Shown here piece by piece: positions 24,935 through 37,879 of a DNA stretch of 64,000 bases. The translations under genes and the position numbers were made by a program. The number at the start of each line of letters is the position of its first letter. Positions within the stretch are counted from its first letter, which is position 1. Source of the stretch: Camelus dromedarius (lineage: Eukaryota); contig NC_087447.1 of assembly GCF_036321535.1 (NCBI RefSeq), forward strand, positions 41,480,001 through 41,544,000. The letters run 5' to 3'. The notes below the pieces were generated by a model. The model was not told where the DNA came from. It saw only the letters and a program-made list of their open reading frames with translations, and made no database searches.

Positions 24935-25282
24935 TCTTATGGTTGGCCCACAGAGTATTATCTTAACATTTGTTTTAATTGCCAAGAATTAAACATCAAG
25001 AGATTTCACATATTTATATTTCTGTTCCCTTGAAAAATGGCAAGATCTGAAGATAGAGAACCCATATTCCCTCATGGCCATAATTTTCTGATGCTGAGAA
25101 GTGGCTGTCTGCTTTAAATAGGCGATGCTCTCTCCACTTGACCACAGTCCTCACCACTCGCTATTGCACCCTCATACCAAAGTAAAGGTGCCATTTCTAT
25201 GGATCCTATAGTACTATTGCCCCCCCTGCCCCTTTTCCCATACCTAGCCTATTTCATTCATTTACAACCTGCCTGGCCCTGA
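24935..25282. mobile_element. hAT-Charlie (MER102-like) DNA transposon fragment
   Basis: gagatttcacata...ttgaaaaatggcaagatctg...cacagtcctcaccactc motifs, recalled. Confidence 0.5.
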
Positions 25283-25398
25283 GTCTATGAGATTAAAACT
25301 CTGGTTTGTCAATTCTTAAGCTTTATCAGCCTCAACCAGGTCTCAGGGAGTAAAGAAGAAAGAGAGGGGAGTATAAGTGATGGTCTTCCTTCTGTGTA

Positions 25399-25993
25399 TG
25401 TTAGCTGGAAAGCAATCAGGTCTTCTATACTAGGTCTCCCATCTGTGAGCATCTACCATGCAAATGGATACTACCATCTTCTCTTAATGTAGAAAGGTAT
25501 ATGCCCTACTTAGGAGGAGGAATAAGGAAAAAGGAAAACTCTGCCTAGCCAAATACAATTGCTAGACAGTCCAGGTATCAATTACAAACACACTGATGAA
25601 TGTGTGTAACTTTCATCATTATGGAAGAAAGGGAAGGGAAGGGAAGGGATGGGGAGGGGAGGGAAGGGAAGGGATGGGGAGGGGAGGGAAGGGAAGGGAA
25701 GGGAAGGGAAGGGAAGGGAAGGGAAGGAAAGGGAAGGGAAGGGAAGGAGGCCCTCCCAATAAAAGGCTCTGCAGCTGGACTGGGACGTGGAGCTGTCTCT
25801 ACCTTCCTCCCCCTCAACCCCCACCGCTCGACCACTTTTTCCCCGCCCTTTCTTCTTTTGAGCAATAAAGCAGCCTTTCACTTGTCCCTCTGCCTCTGCT
25901 GAGAATTCTTTCTCAACTGCCGGGCAAGGACCCGTGTGTTTGGTTGGCTTTCCAGCTGGGGGAGAGGGGGTGGTTTCTCTCTATCTGCTAACA
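25399..25993 (+). mobile_element. Solo LTR (595 bp), possibly ERVK/ERV2 class
   Basis: Inverted termini TGTTAGC...GCTAACA; 6-bp flanks tgtgta/tatgta (1 mismatch); caataaaa near 25757 and AATAAA 25864-25869. Confidence 0.7.
25630..25748. repeat. (GGGAA)n purine tract inside the LTR
   Basis: ~22 pentamer units with GGGGA variants. Confidence 0.97.
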
Positions 25994-26139
25994 TATGTAC
26001 TTAAATAGCTTTCATGGTTTTTGAGAAATGCAAGAAAATGACTATTTTGAAGTTAATTTTGGTTGCTGTACTGTTTTTCACTTCAGCACCACTCCAAGCC
26101 TGAACCACAGAGATCATGACCAGCCACCAGCTGGAAGTC

Positions 26140-26325
26140 TACCAAGAGTCACCTCACTAGAACAAAAGACACTGCTATCACCCAGGAGAAAATTCCAAGA
26201 GATTTAGAAATGCTGTGTTAGGAACCAGGGTCAAAAACTAAGTATTAGAACAAAAGATGTTCCTGGTGCTTTTATCACTTAGGAGATTTCAAAGGTTTTA
26301 GGGGTTCTGTGCCTGGACCCAAGGG
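26140..26325. mobile_element. MER21-family LTR fragment
   Basis: Duplicated agaacaaaaga...tatcacNNagga...ttNcaaNgNtttag motif recalled from MER21. Confidence 0.65.
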
Positions 26326-28609
26326 ATATATACATGCACTCCCATAGTATATGCACAGTTAGCAAACATATAGCTAGATCTCAGTAAACGTTGAATGAAT
26401 GAATTCCTTCTGATTTCACAAGCTCCAAGTCATACCTTAATCCAGCTATCTGTATGGAGTGTTAAGATCATTCAATACAGGGCCAATTGTTCCTGACCAC
26501 CCAAATATTGTTCTTCCTGATGACTTTCTATTGGTATAGAATGCAATTGTGAGCAAGCCAGAAGAATACGTAAAGGCTATTTATTATACTTGAACTTTAC
26601 TCTGTGAGTTGGCCATTGACTCACCTCTGTGAGTAATCTTATTTTAATATTTATTTTAACAGGGAAACTGCAGAGTGCTTTGGATTGTGGTCAAGTTAAA
26701 GAAAGGCAAGCACCCACAGCAACCACAAAAACAACAAATATCAGCAAAATTTGGCTCCTTGGTCTCTAGATTTTTATTTTAGTCTTTGAAGGCTAGATGC
26801 TTTCTTGGCAATCTGGAATTCTGCATACTAAATGCTAACATTTTCTAGAAATTAGGGGACATCTCCCGACTTTTTTTTTTAAACTATCCAATTATTGTTG
26901 TCATTTTGTTTTGAGTTTTGTCTTCAGATAAGTTGAAGACATTCTTTTGTGATCGAAAAAAGATAAAATCAATTACAAAAGACAATCTCTATGAATATCA
27001 AATCACATAATAGAACACTCCATTGTGCAAATTCTTTTACCTATGAAGATTATCATTTCATCAAAAGCTAAAACTAAATAATAGTAATAATAAAGACTTA
27101 GATGTTACAAACCACATAAAACTACAGTATCATAGTAAAATATCTCAAAATCACACCATATTTTCTCCATGAGTAGATTCCTTAAAATTGTTCTATTTAA
27201 AGACATACTATCAAGTGGAACTTCATGGAGGAGGAGATGTCTAAATCTAAAAGATCCAGCATGGAAACTATGTTTGAGTTATAAATCTGGAAGGGAGGGT
27301 GGGAATAAGGCATACACCACCCACAGACATCAGAGACGATGTGAACTCCCCATAGGTACTGACTAGTATCTAGGCAGAGGCAAGAGGCAAACCTGATGCC
27401 AGTTTGGATGGAAGTAGGGCTTTGTCTGTGGGTGATCTTGACCTGTGTCTGAAACCCGAGTGCAGGTAGCTCAAAGCCCTAAAATGCTCAGTGAAAGTGG
27501 CACAATAATATTTCAGTGAGTAAGCTGGGCGGCTGCCATCTGCATGGGTGGAGAATGTCATGTGGTGGCAACTGGAGCTGGGGAATGCTTCAGACTTTAA
27601 TGGAAGCAAGAGAATTTTCCCATCCTTGCCCCTACCTCTGTATGTCCCCTTTTCAACATCCCCTCATGGAAAAAGTCTTTGATAACCAGATTGATAAAGG
27701 CCAGGACCTCTACTTGGCCTTATTTTACTTATGGGTGGAGTTATTCTGCTCAGTACTTATTCATGGCACTCAATTGTCTACCTCCTGCCTCAGACTCTGG
27801 CAGGGCTTGGTCCTTTGAGGCAGAGGAGCCAGCCTCATCCATCACTTCCACTCCATACATATGGTTAGATAGGTGGGCTTGTGGTTCCCGTTGCATCCTT
27901 CTCTTCCTGGGTAGTATTTAGGCATCCAGTCCTAAACCCCATACCCAAAGCAGTTTCCATAGAAAGCCTTGCACTGGGGATTACTGGTTGATATCAATGA
28001 AGTCTGGGTAAGAGCAGAGATCATTATCCTTGTTACACCATCTGTACTTCCTTTATTCTTTCTCTTCCCAGAACGATAGCTTGGGAAGCACCAGTGTAAT
28101 CTGCACTTCTCTAAATCTGTTGAAGCAGAATCCTGCTCCCTTGAAAAACTGCAACCCTCCAGGTTTATTCAGAAGCAGGCAACTCAAATGTGCTCACAAG
28201 CAAGTATGGTCACCTTCCACATAGCGTTAAGTATTTTCCCATTGTTTTTGGTCTAATTCTGCTCCAGTGAGTGCTGTCATATCTTCCATTAGGCACACTG
28301 GTCACTTCTGCTTGTTTCTCTCTTTTCCCACCAAGCATCATGACTATTTCCTCTAGGTATCAATCAATCTACCAGGCACGCTGTCTCTACTGCTAAACAC
28401 TGCTTCTGTTTCCTCTGGGAACTGCCACACCCACAAGATTCTGCTGCTGCTGCTTCCCTGGTAACATTCTCCGTTGCACCTACCAACCAACAAAGCTGCT
28501 TCTTCAGATGACATCTTGTCCACTAGAACTGCTGCTTTTCCCCAGCAACCACAAAATTCTGCAAGCCCTGCCACTAATATATTGGTGTAAATATGTCCTA
28601 TATATTAGT

Positions 28610-28702
28610 GTGAAGTAATATTTGGGACATACTTTTTTAAATTTGTTATTTACCTGAAATTCAACTTTAACTGGGCAGCCCGTATTTTATCTAGTGACCC
28701 AA
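28610..28702. mobile_element. MER53-like hAT fragment
   Basis: atatttgggacatac...ctgaaattcaactttaactgggc...tattttatct motif, recalled. Confidence 0.6.
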
Positions 28703-29039
28703 CTGTAGGACAGGTAAAGAATGAATGCTTCTTTCTCCATTTGTGATTAACTCCATTAGAAATGGACCAAAGCAGTCCTCACCATAACCTAGTGTACTGA
28801 CTTTTTAGTGCAGACAGCTTTTGCAGTTTTTGTTAACATCTCTATAAATCTGAGACTTGGACTTGATTCCATGGGAATTGGTTCATGGACAAAACCTAGT
28901 TAAAATCACCTCCCTCCAGCCCACTGCCCATCCCATGACTAAGGCTTTATTATGCAATCATTTATAATGGCCTGGCTTCCTTTTCCCTTCAGATGAGTTC
29001 TCTCCCTAGGGGAAGAAAGAGCAATAGAGGCAGAGGTTA

Positions 29040-30095
29040 TCCCAACCAGATATTAAAACATATTATAAAGCCCCTATAATCAAAACAATGCAGCACTAGT
29101 ACATGAAAGGACTGACCAATGTAACAGAATCAACATCTCACAAATAGACCTAAACACATGTGAAAATTTAATACATGTTAAAAGGGGACAAATGAAATGG
29201 GAGGGGGGAAGATGGACTAAATGGTGTTGGAACAAATGGACCATTTAATAAAAATGATAGAATCAAACCTGCTTTTCACATCATACGCCAGAATAAATTC
29301 CAGATGGATCAAAGATTTGAATATAATAACTGAAACCTTATAACTACTAGAACGAAACATTGGGAGATTCCTTTATAATCTGGAAGTGAGGAAAATCCTA
29401 CTATGATGCAAAATCCACAAGCATAAAGATGTGATTGGTATCTTTATGAAGACTAGAATATATACACACTTTGATGAATTTGACTACATAAAAATGGTTT
29501 GCACGGCCAAAAATTCCCATTAAGCAAAGCTGAAAGACAAATGATAAGCTGGGAAAAGGCATTTGCAATTTAAAATATAGACAAAGGGCTAATATACTTA
29601 ATATACAAACAGCAGATAACTAGGTGCCAACTCCTTAAAAGGAAAGAATTTGTCATTTCTCCTGTCTTTCCTGTATGGACAGACTGCATTTCAGGGTAAC
29701 CAGATAACCCTAGTTTATAAGGAAAGTTTTTTGCAGAAGTGATGCAACTAAGAGTTCTAATAGTTATAAAATCACCATTCTGTAATCCCTAGTAACATGT
29801 ATTCAGACTACCACCATAATGGGTAAAAGCATTAGATGAAATATTGACAGGAACCCCAATGATTAGTCTTAAAGTGGGACAAGCAGACATTGTGGGCTTC
29901 CTGACGTGATGCAACGTGAAGCTGTGTGCACAACCTATGAAGCACTCTTGCCAAAACAGCTGAACCGGAAACTAATCAAGCCTCAAAAGCCAAACTGCAT
30001 TTACAGGAAAGATGGGGAGAGAAAGGAACAAGGTAAACGGAAGAAAACATAAACCCAGAATATAGGGATAGTCTATACAATTGACCCAGAATGAT
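29040..30095 (+). mobile_element. Old L1M ORF2/3' fragments
   Basis: Degenerate ORF2 motifs (aataaattccagatggatcaaagat; gacaaagggctaatat). Confidence 0.65.
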
Positions 30096-30099
30096 AGTA

Positions 30100-30501
30100 T
30101 TTATGTGTTAAATTTCAGTACCTAATTATTCAATCAAACACTAATCCAAGTGTTGCTGTGTGTATTTTATACATGTAATTAATGTCCTCAGTCAATTGAC
30201 TTTAGTAAGGGAGATTATCCTGATAACCTGGGTGTGTCTGAGTCAATCAATTGAAAGACTTTAAGAGCAAAAGAGCAAAACAGGCTTCCCAGAACAGATT
30301 CTGTTTGTGCCCCGTAGTTTCAGCTCATGCCCAAGAGCTCCAGCCTGCCCTTTCTGACAGCGTGCTCTGCGGATTTCCAACTTGCTTGCACAGCCCCCAC
30401 AACTGAGTAAGCCAGTTCCATGCAATATATACAGCATATATATGCAATACCTTAGCATATGTTTCCTACTTGTTCTGTTTCTCTGGTTCAGTCCTAATAC
30501 A
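30100..30501 (+). mobile_element. MLT2 (ERVL) LTR
   Basis: tcaaacactaatccaagtgttgctgtg...gactttagtaagggagattatcctgataacctgggtg...ttctgtttctctgg...ctaataca. Confidence 0.75.
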
Positions 30502-32441
30502 TCCAGTTTTTGTAACAAGTTGATAGCATGAAAAAAGCAGGGGAGGCAGACTGTTCTAAATCAAGACTTAAAATATAACAATCCAATGCAATGAGAGGCC
30601 AAAAAGAGCTGTGCTGAGATCAGTGATCATTGAACATAAAGATGAGGGATTGTTTGGATCCTGTACTAATGAAATTAGTACAGATTTACTGTCTATGAAA
30701 AGACTTTTTTTATTTTTACATAATCTGGGAAATATAATTATGGACTGGCTGCTTTTAGTCCTTGTCTTCCATGTAGTAGAGTGATAAACTGACCTCGGGG
30801 TAGCCTTTGCCATTTCCCATTAGTTTGGCCAAAAACCAGGTGGATGGCTCCCAGGATTGGAACAAGTAATCTCTATTGTTCTTGAACTTTCTCACTTCAT
30901 TTCCCCGGCCCTGTCTGTATACACTGGATTGATCTTTCCTTGCATCATACATGACAGCGGTAAGGTTTGAGTCTCACATTTGCAGGAGGAGAAACTTGAC
31001 TCCTTTGATCTGTAGTGTTACTAGGCCCAGCTGGCTTAGGAAAAACCAGGCTTCCAGATGGAAGAGTTTAAAGGAGCAGAGACAGCTGATTGATTGCAGT
31101 AAAGCATTGGTGTGAAAGGACCTGACAACTAGGGAAGAAAATGTTAACTTGTCTCCTAGCCAAAAAGGCTGTCAAGGAAGTGGATTCCTCTGGTTTCAGT
31201 AAGGTAGGAAGTATTCAAAGAAAAAGCAGATAATGGCAGAGAAGCTGTCAGTAGGAAAATGGGGATTCCTGAGGTCAAACTGAGATGGCTGCAGCAGAAA
31301 GGAGGCTTGCCTGAGGTGAGTGAAGATGAGTTCTGACAGGGGAAGGTGGGCTGTGAAGAGCTGTACTAAAATCGGTGATCACAGAACATAGTGATGAAGG
31401 TTTGGGGGTGGAGGGCAGTGTTGGGAGGTGGCTTCGATTGACGTGATAACACTGGGGGTAGGGAGTATGCAGAGCTGACTCTCCCCAAGACCCAGATAGA
31501 CATTTGCAGCAATGGGGTAGTAAAGTCATCCCTTTAAAATGATTCCCAAACACTAGGGTCCAATGTGTTGACCTGCTCGGGCTTAATATTGAGCACTACC
31601 ACTGTAGACTTAATAAAGATAATATTTTAAATTGCTTGATAGGACAGCAAGAGGTAAGATAGACTGAATAAATATGTTTCAGCATAAGTGGATCAGCTAA
31701 GATATAATAACTTGGAACTTAGATTGAGATGATAGTGTGGAATAAACAAAAATGGTTTACACCCAATAGTAAAGAACAGTAGCTAAAACCTGAGCTTCTG
31801 AAGTCAGTGGGTTTGAATCCTTCTGCCATGTATGCACTATGTGAACTTGGGCAAGTTATTTCACTTCTCTAAGACTGTTTTCTCTTCTGTAAAATTGACA
31901 TGATGTTAGTATCTACCTTTAACATCTATCTTTTAGGGTCACTGTGAGGCTTACAGGAAATAATGCGTATGGAACACTTACAGTGCCTGGCACAGACTAA
32001 GAACTCAGGAAAAAAGATTTAAAAAAGAAGACTAAAAGAAATTTTAAAGAAGCACAGGATCCCCATGACAGAATTAGGAGACAGAAATCTCTGCACTTGA
32101 GTTAGCCCAAGAGACCAGAAGGAATATTGAAGCCACACCGAGATAGCAACTTTTGCGTTCAGGTGCCATTACTGTGGTGTTCATTCCTATGGGAGATATT
32201 CTATGTAATTACAGAAGTGCAGGATTGAGACACCAATAAAAGCTGACAATTGGGAATGTTGATTTGGGAATCATCTGTATACAGGTGGTAACTGAAGCTA
32301 TGAGTACCTGAGCTCTCCAAAAGTTTAAAAATAAAAGCAGAGAGCTGAGGCCAGAGCCTGAGAAGCAGCAGTCAGAAAGCAAAGATGAGATATAAAAACC
32401 CCAAAGTGCAGCGTCCTGGAAGATGATGAAGCTCTATTCTT

Positions 32442-32617
32442 TTTTTAAATTCGCATTCTTTTTTATTGAAGTATAGTCAGTTGACAATGTTGTGTCAGTT
32501 TCTGGTGTACAGCATAATGTTTCAGTCATACATACATATATTCGTTTTCATGTTCTTTTTTCATTATAGGTTACTACAAGATATTGAATATACTTCCTTG
32601 TACTATATAGTATAAAC
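32442..32617 (-). mobile_element. Short L1 3' end with ~18-bp TSD
   Basis: TSD tgatgaagctctattctt 32424-32441 vs tgatgaagctccaatctt 32618-32635; poly-T plus ttgaagtatagtcag tail. Confidence 0.85.
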
Positions 32618-33684
32618 TGATGAAGCTCCAATCTTGACTGTATGTGACTCATTTTTCCTCTGTGTTCTGCACTGATCTAATTAAAAGCAGTTAATACATT
32701 GTGAGGGAAAACACTAGACTAGTGGCTAGAAAATCTGAATTCTAACCTGGTGTAGTTAACTTGTTCTATAGTCCTTCCGTGAGTCATTTCCCATCTTTGG
32801 CTCTCAGTTTCCTCATCTCTAAAAGAAGAATGTTGGACCAAATGATTTATTAGACAGTTCTTTCAATTTTGTGATTTTATGAATTACATACAGGAAGTTT
32901 AAAATGTTTACAATCCATAGTCACTAAAAGCCTTCCTCATATATTCCCACAGTCCTGTCACAGGTGTTTAGTGACCTTATAAAAAGCCGGAGGCATTGGA
33001 CATACTGTCTTAGAAAAATATTTCAAAAGTCTCAAATTTTCTGGTCTTCACCACAAGACTGTGTTTACTACAATTTTACTGAAGCATCTGTGTTTTAACT
33101 GGAAAATACCTATACAAACTGACACTTTACAAATTGCAAGATTCTTTACAAAAGGATCCTTCTTCTTATAAAAGAATTAACTTAGAGGGTTTTTTCTCCC
33201 ATAACTATTCACATTTATATTCATGGCTTCCTATAAACATTTTTTTCCTCTACTTTTTTTTACATAGAAAGAAAAATAAAGGTTTCCTTATCTTGCTACA
33301 AAACAACTTCACAAGTCCTATTTCAGAGAGAATTTCTAACCTCTTCTATTTAAGATAATTCTTATTATTGTTTTACTCTGTTTTACATTCTAGTTACTTC
33401 ATTGTGCTTGTGCAAAGTTAAGAAAAAAGCTGTAGTGAGGAGAAAGAACCATCTAGAGATGTCAATAAAAACACTACTTCAATACTAATTTAAAAATATT
33501 TTAGTCTTGTAGTCTTGCCTATAGTCTAATCCTTACTATACTCTCCATGAGGTATAAAAGAGTACTGGCCCTATTTTATAAAATTGAAGGTAATTTGCAG
33601 AGTGATTTTCCTGACTCCAGGCTTAGATTAGCCTGAAATATAAAGCCTCTTAAATTTTAAATAGATATGTCTTTTTCCCTCCCA

Positions 33685-35725
33685 ATATCATTGAGGTATA
33701 ATTGGCTTATAATAAACTGCACATGATAAAAGTGTATAATTTGAGAAGTTATGACATATGTATACACCTATGAAATCATCACTATAATTAAGAAAATGAA
33801 CATATCCATCACTCCAAGAAGTTTCCTCCCACCCCTTCGTAATACCAGTCTCCTACTCATCTCCACCCCATCACCATTTTAACTTCCCACCCCAAGCAAC
33901 TACTGATCTTTGTGTCACTCTACAGGTTGGATTCTCTACAATTTTATATCAATGGGATCACACAGTATGGTTTTCTGGTCTGGCTTCTTTCACTCAGAAT
34001 AATTATTTTGAGATTCATCAATGTTGTTGAGTATATCAGTTGCTCCTTGTTTTTTATTCCTGAGTAGTATTCCTTTGTGTGGCTAAACCACAGTTTACTT
34101 TCCATTCACCAACTGAGGGACATTTGGGTTTTTTCCAGTTTGGGCAGCATTACAAATAATTCTGTCAGGAATGTTCACATACAAGTCTTTGAGGGTAAAT
34201 ACCTAGTGGAATGGCTCGATCATATGATAGGTATACGTAACTCTTTTAAAAAAGGCCAAACTTTTTCCCAAAAAAGTTTATCAGTTTTACATTCTTAACA
34301 TGCAGTATTTGAGAATTCCAGTTGTTTCCTATTCTTACCAGTCAACACTTTATATGATCAGCTTTTTAAATTTTGGTCATTCTAGGGACCAGGGTGTGCT
34401 GTGACATCTCATTGTACTTCTAATTTGCACTTCCCCAGTGACAATGCTGTTAAGCATATTTTCATGTGCTTATTTTGTCATCCATATATCTTCTTTGGTG
34501 AAGTGTCTATTTAAAATTTTTGTCCATTTAAAAAGATTAGTTGTCTTCTTACTAAATTATATGAGCTTTTTTTTTTTTTTTTTTAGCATATTCTAGTTAG
34601 AAGAGCTTTGTCAAATATCTTTTGCAAATACTTTCTCCCAGCCTATGGCTTCCCTTTTCATTTTCTTAAGTGTATGTTTAAAAGCAGAAGTTTTAATTTT
34701 GAGGAACTAAAATTTATCTATTTTTTTTCTTTTATGGATTGTGTTTTTGTGCCATGTTCTTAATCTTTGCCAAGTCCGAGGTCACTAAGATTTTTCTCCT
34801 ATGTTCTCTTCTATAAGTTTTATAATTTTAACTCCTAAATTTAGATTTATGATCCACTTTTAAGTTTTACATATGGTATAAGGAAAGGATCAAGATTCTT
34901 TTTTTTAAAATTTTTTGATATATGCTATCCAGTTGTTCCAGCATCATTTGTTGAAAAGATTATCCTTCCCCCATTGAATTACTTGGTATATTTGTTGAAA
35001 ATCAATTGACCATGTATGTGTAGGTCTATCTCTGGACTCTCTATTCTGTTACATTGTTCTATTTATCTATCTTTACAATGATACCACAATGTGTTGATTA
35101 CTGTATGTCTTATAATGTCTTGAAATCAGGTAGTGTGTGTCCTTCAATTTCGTTTTTCTTGGTCAAAGTTTTGACTACTCTGGGTCCTTTCCATTTTCAT
35201 TGAAATTTTAGAATAAACTTTGCAATTTTCACAAATTTTCCAATTTCTATTGAACTTGTCTAAAGACTACAGATCAATTCAGAGTTAAATGGCATCTTAA
35301 AAATATTGTATCTTCTGACCCATGAACATGATGTCACTGTATTTAGAGATTTAATTTCTCTCTCAATATTTTGTAGTTTTCAGTTTCTATGTCTTTCACA
35401 TTTGGTCAAATTTATCCCCAAGTTGTTTTTTGTTTGTTTGCTTGGGGGCTTTTTTATTTCCTGCTAAATGGTATTTTTAAAATTTCAGTATTTAATTATT
35501 CATTGGTAGCATAGAGAAACAACTGATTTTGTATATTGACTTGGTATCCCACAACTCTGCTAAGCTCACTTCCAGTTCTAGTGGCTTGCTTTTGTAGAAT
35601 CCCATAGCATTTTTGTCTGCAAATACAGTGTTACTTTTTTCTTTCCAATCTAGATGCTTTAAAATTTTTTGTTTGTCTTGTTTTATTCCACTGACTAGAC
35701 CCTCCAACACTATATTTAATTGTAG
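33685..35725 (-). mobile_element. Old L1M (3'UTR plus degenerate ORF2)
   Basis: Antisense L1 motifs (tctggcttctttcactcag; ccagttgttccagcatcatttgttgaaaaga). Confidence 0.85.
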
Positions 35726-36669
35726 ACAATTTTTTTCAAGGAAATAATTCTGACTCCTGGCCCAGGTTAGACTCAACTATAGGAACTTGCTGAATTTAAC
35801 TGGATTTTTTAAAAATTTACTAAATCATTATTTACAGATCATTACTAAGCTCTTAGTTTCTCCCACATTCAAATATTCATCAAAGGTTCACATGTTGAAC
35901 AACTCTTGCATGCCAGGCTTTGTGCAGATTGTCAGGGAAACAATCCTCAGTACACTCTCCATAATGTACCAAAAAGGAGTACACAGATACGTGGACCTGG
36001 CCCTGATGAAGTTTTACCATCTTTCAGAGGCAGTTTGCACAACAGTTAAAAGTACAGGCTCAGGGTTCAGTCAGCTTGGGTTTGAATCTGTCTCTGTTCC
36101 TTACTGGTTGGTTGACCTTGGAAAACTTAATTGGCTTTTCTAAGCCTGTTTCTTTAAATGTGAAATGAGAGTATTAGTAAGAACCTACCTCCTAGGATTG
36201 CTGTAAGGGTTAAGTGAGCACCTTTAAAGTACTTAGAACAGAGTTTGGCACATAGTAAATGATCAAAAATATTTATCTATTATTAGAGGACAAGATTAGT
36301 TCTTCATAAGGTAAATCTACAAATGACTGAGGAAGGATGTGTGGAAACATTAACCAGCATAAGAAGTAGTTTAATTTAGCTGCTAAGCATAAAGGTGATA
36401 GTGTCAGTCATACCTGGGTTAAACCATTGCTCTGTTGTTTACTGGCTGTGTAACTGAGTGAACTACTTAAATAAGAGCAATGCCTGTGAAGTGCTTGGTA
36501 TAGTATTTGGCATACAACAGATGCTTGATAGACAGCAATTATTGACTACAGACGTTCTGAAAAGCCATGATATTGCCAACACGTGTTCATAATAACAGCT
36601 GCCATTACTAGGGCTTACTATTTTGGACCCCATGCCGGTTACTTTCAATGCATTTTTTTGCAGTATTTT

Positions 36670-37280
36670 TTATTATTATTTTATTTTGAAATAATTATAG
36701 ATTCACAGTAAGTTTTAAAAGTACAAAGAGGTCCTATGTAGTCTTCACCTAGTTTCCCTCAATAGTAATGTTTTAATAACTGTAACAAAACCAGGAAATT
36801 GACATTGGTACAATCTTACTCGGATTTTACCAGTTTTATATGCACTTGTGTGTGTCTGAAGTTCTATGCAATTTTATAATGTGTCAATTTGTATGTCAAC
36901 TCCATAATCAAGATACAGCCCTGTTCCATCACTCCATCACCACAAATACCCCTCTCTTAGGGTCACACCCCTGTCCTTCTCTCTCCCCATACCCTCCCAA
37001 TTTCTCACCCCTGGCAACCACTAATCTGTTCTCCATCTCTGTAACTGTCATTTTGAGAATGTTCTATAAATGAAATCATACAGTTTGTAGCCTTTTTCTT
37101 TTTTTATTATTATTATTTTTTTAGAGTCAGGAGGTATTTAGTTTATTTACTTTTGGAGGAGGTACTAGGCATTGAACCCAGGACCTCCTGCATGCTAAGC
37201 ATGTGCTCTATCACTTGAGTTATACCCTCCCACCGGTTTGTAGCCTTTTGAGTTTAGCTTTTTTCTCTCAGTATAATTTC
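36670..37280 (-). mobile_element. L1MA/MB 3' end hosting a SINE
   Basis: ttttgaaataattatagattcaca...ccctggcaaccactaatctgttctccatctct. Confidence 0.75.
37097..37235 (-). mobile_element. tRNA-Ala-derived camelid SINE (Vic-1 type)
   Basis: Reverse complement shows A-box/B-box tRNA-like body (gggtataactcaagtgatagagc...ctgggttcaatgcc); 14-bp TSD gtttgtagcctttt at 37083-37096 and 37236-37249. Confidence 0.85.
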
Positions 37281-37879
37281 AGATGTTTCTATTTGAGGGT
37301 ATATATGTTAGTGATTATGATTTTGTATTTGTCATGGGATAAAATAGTATTAAAATGCCCACCTTCCAGATTCATCTAAGACTGGGTCTTCTTTCTTTCA
37401 TTCTTTGCTTTTCTTTCTTTTTTTTGATGATGTGGTTTTCTATTTATTGATAGGGAAGGATGTCACGACATACTGTTTTAATTTTTTTAATGTTTTAATT
37501 TTTATTTTTTAAATTGAAGTGTAGTCGATTTACAATGTTGTGTTAAGTCTCTGGTGTACATCATAGTGATTCAGTTACACACATATATACTTTTTCATTA
37601 TCGGTTACTACAAGATAATGAATATAGTTTCCTGTGCTATATGGTAGGACCTTGCTGGTTATTTTATACTGGTCGTCATACAGGCTCAAGTGCATTCTAA
37701 AAAAAAGAAAAAAAAACTGTATTTTCTTACTCCCCTCCCCCATACATATTCTCTTTTATGCTTCTTAATCTAGCTAGGTGAGCATTATCGGCCCCCAACG
37801 ATAAAGAAACGAGACGATCTTTGTGATGACCAGTGGGAGGTTGGAGTCCTAATAAATAGTGGCCTGGAATTCAACCCTT

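Noticed and set aside
25578..25902. ORFs with GKGRE/PSLPF repeats
   Set aside because: Translations of the (GGGAA)n tract.
37097..37235. tRNA-like sequence (also 45250-45405)
   Set aside because: TSD, AT-rich tail and broken cloverleaf mark these as SINEs, not tRNA genes.
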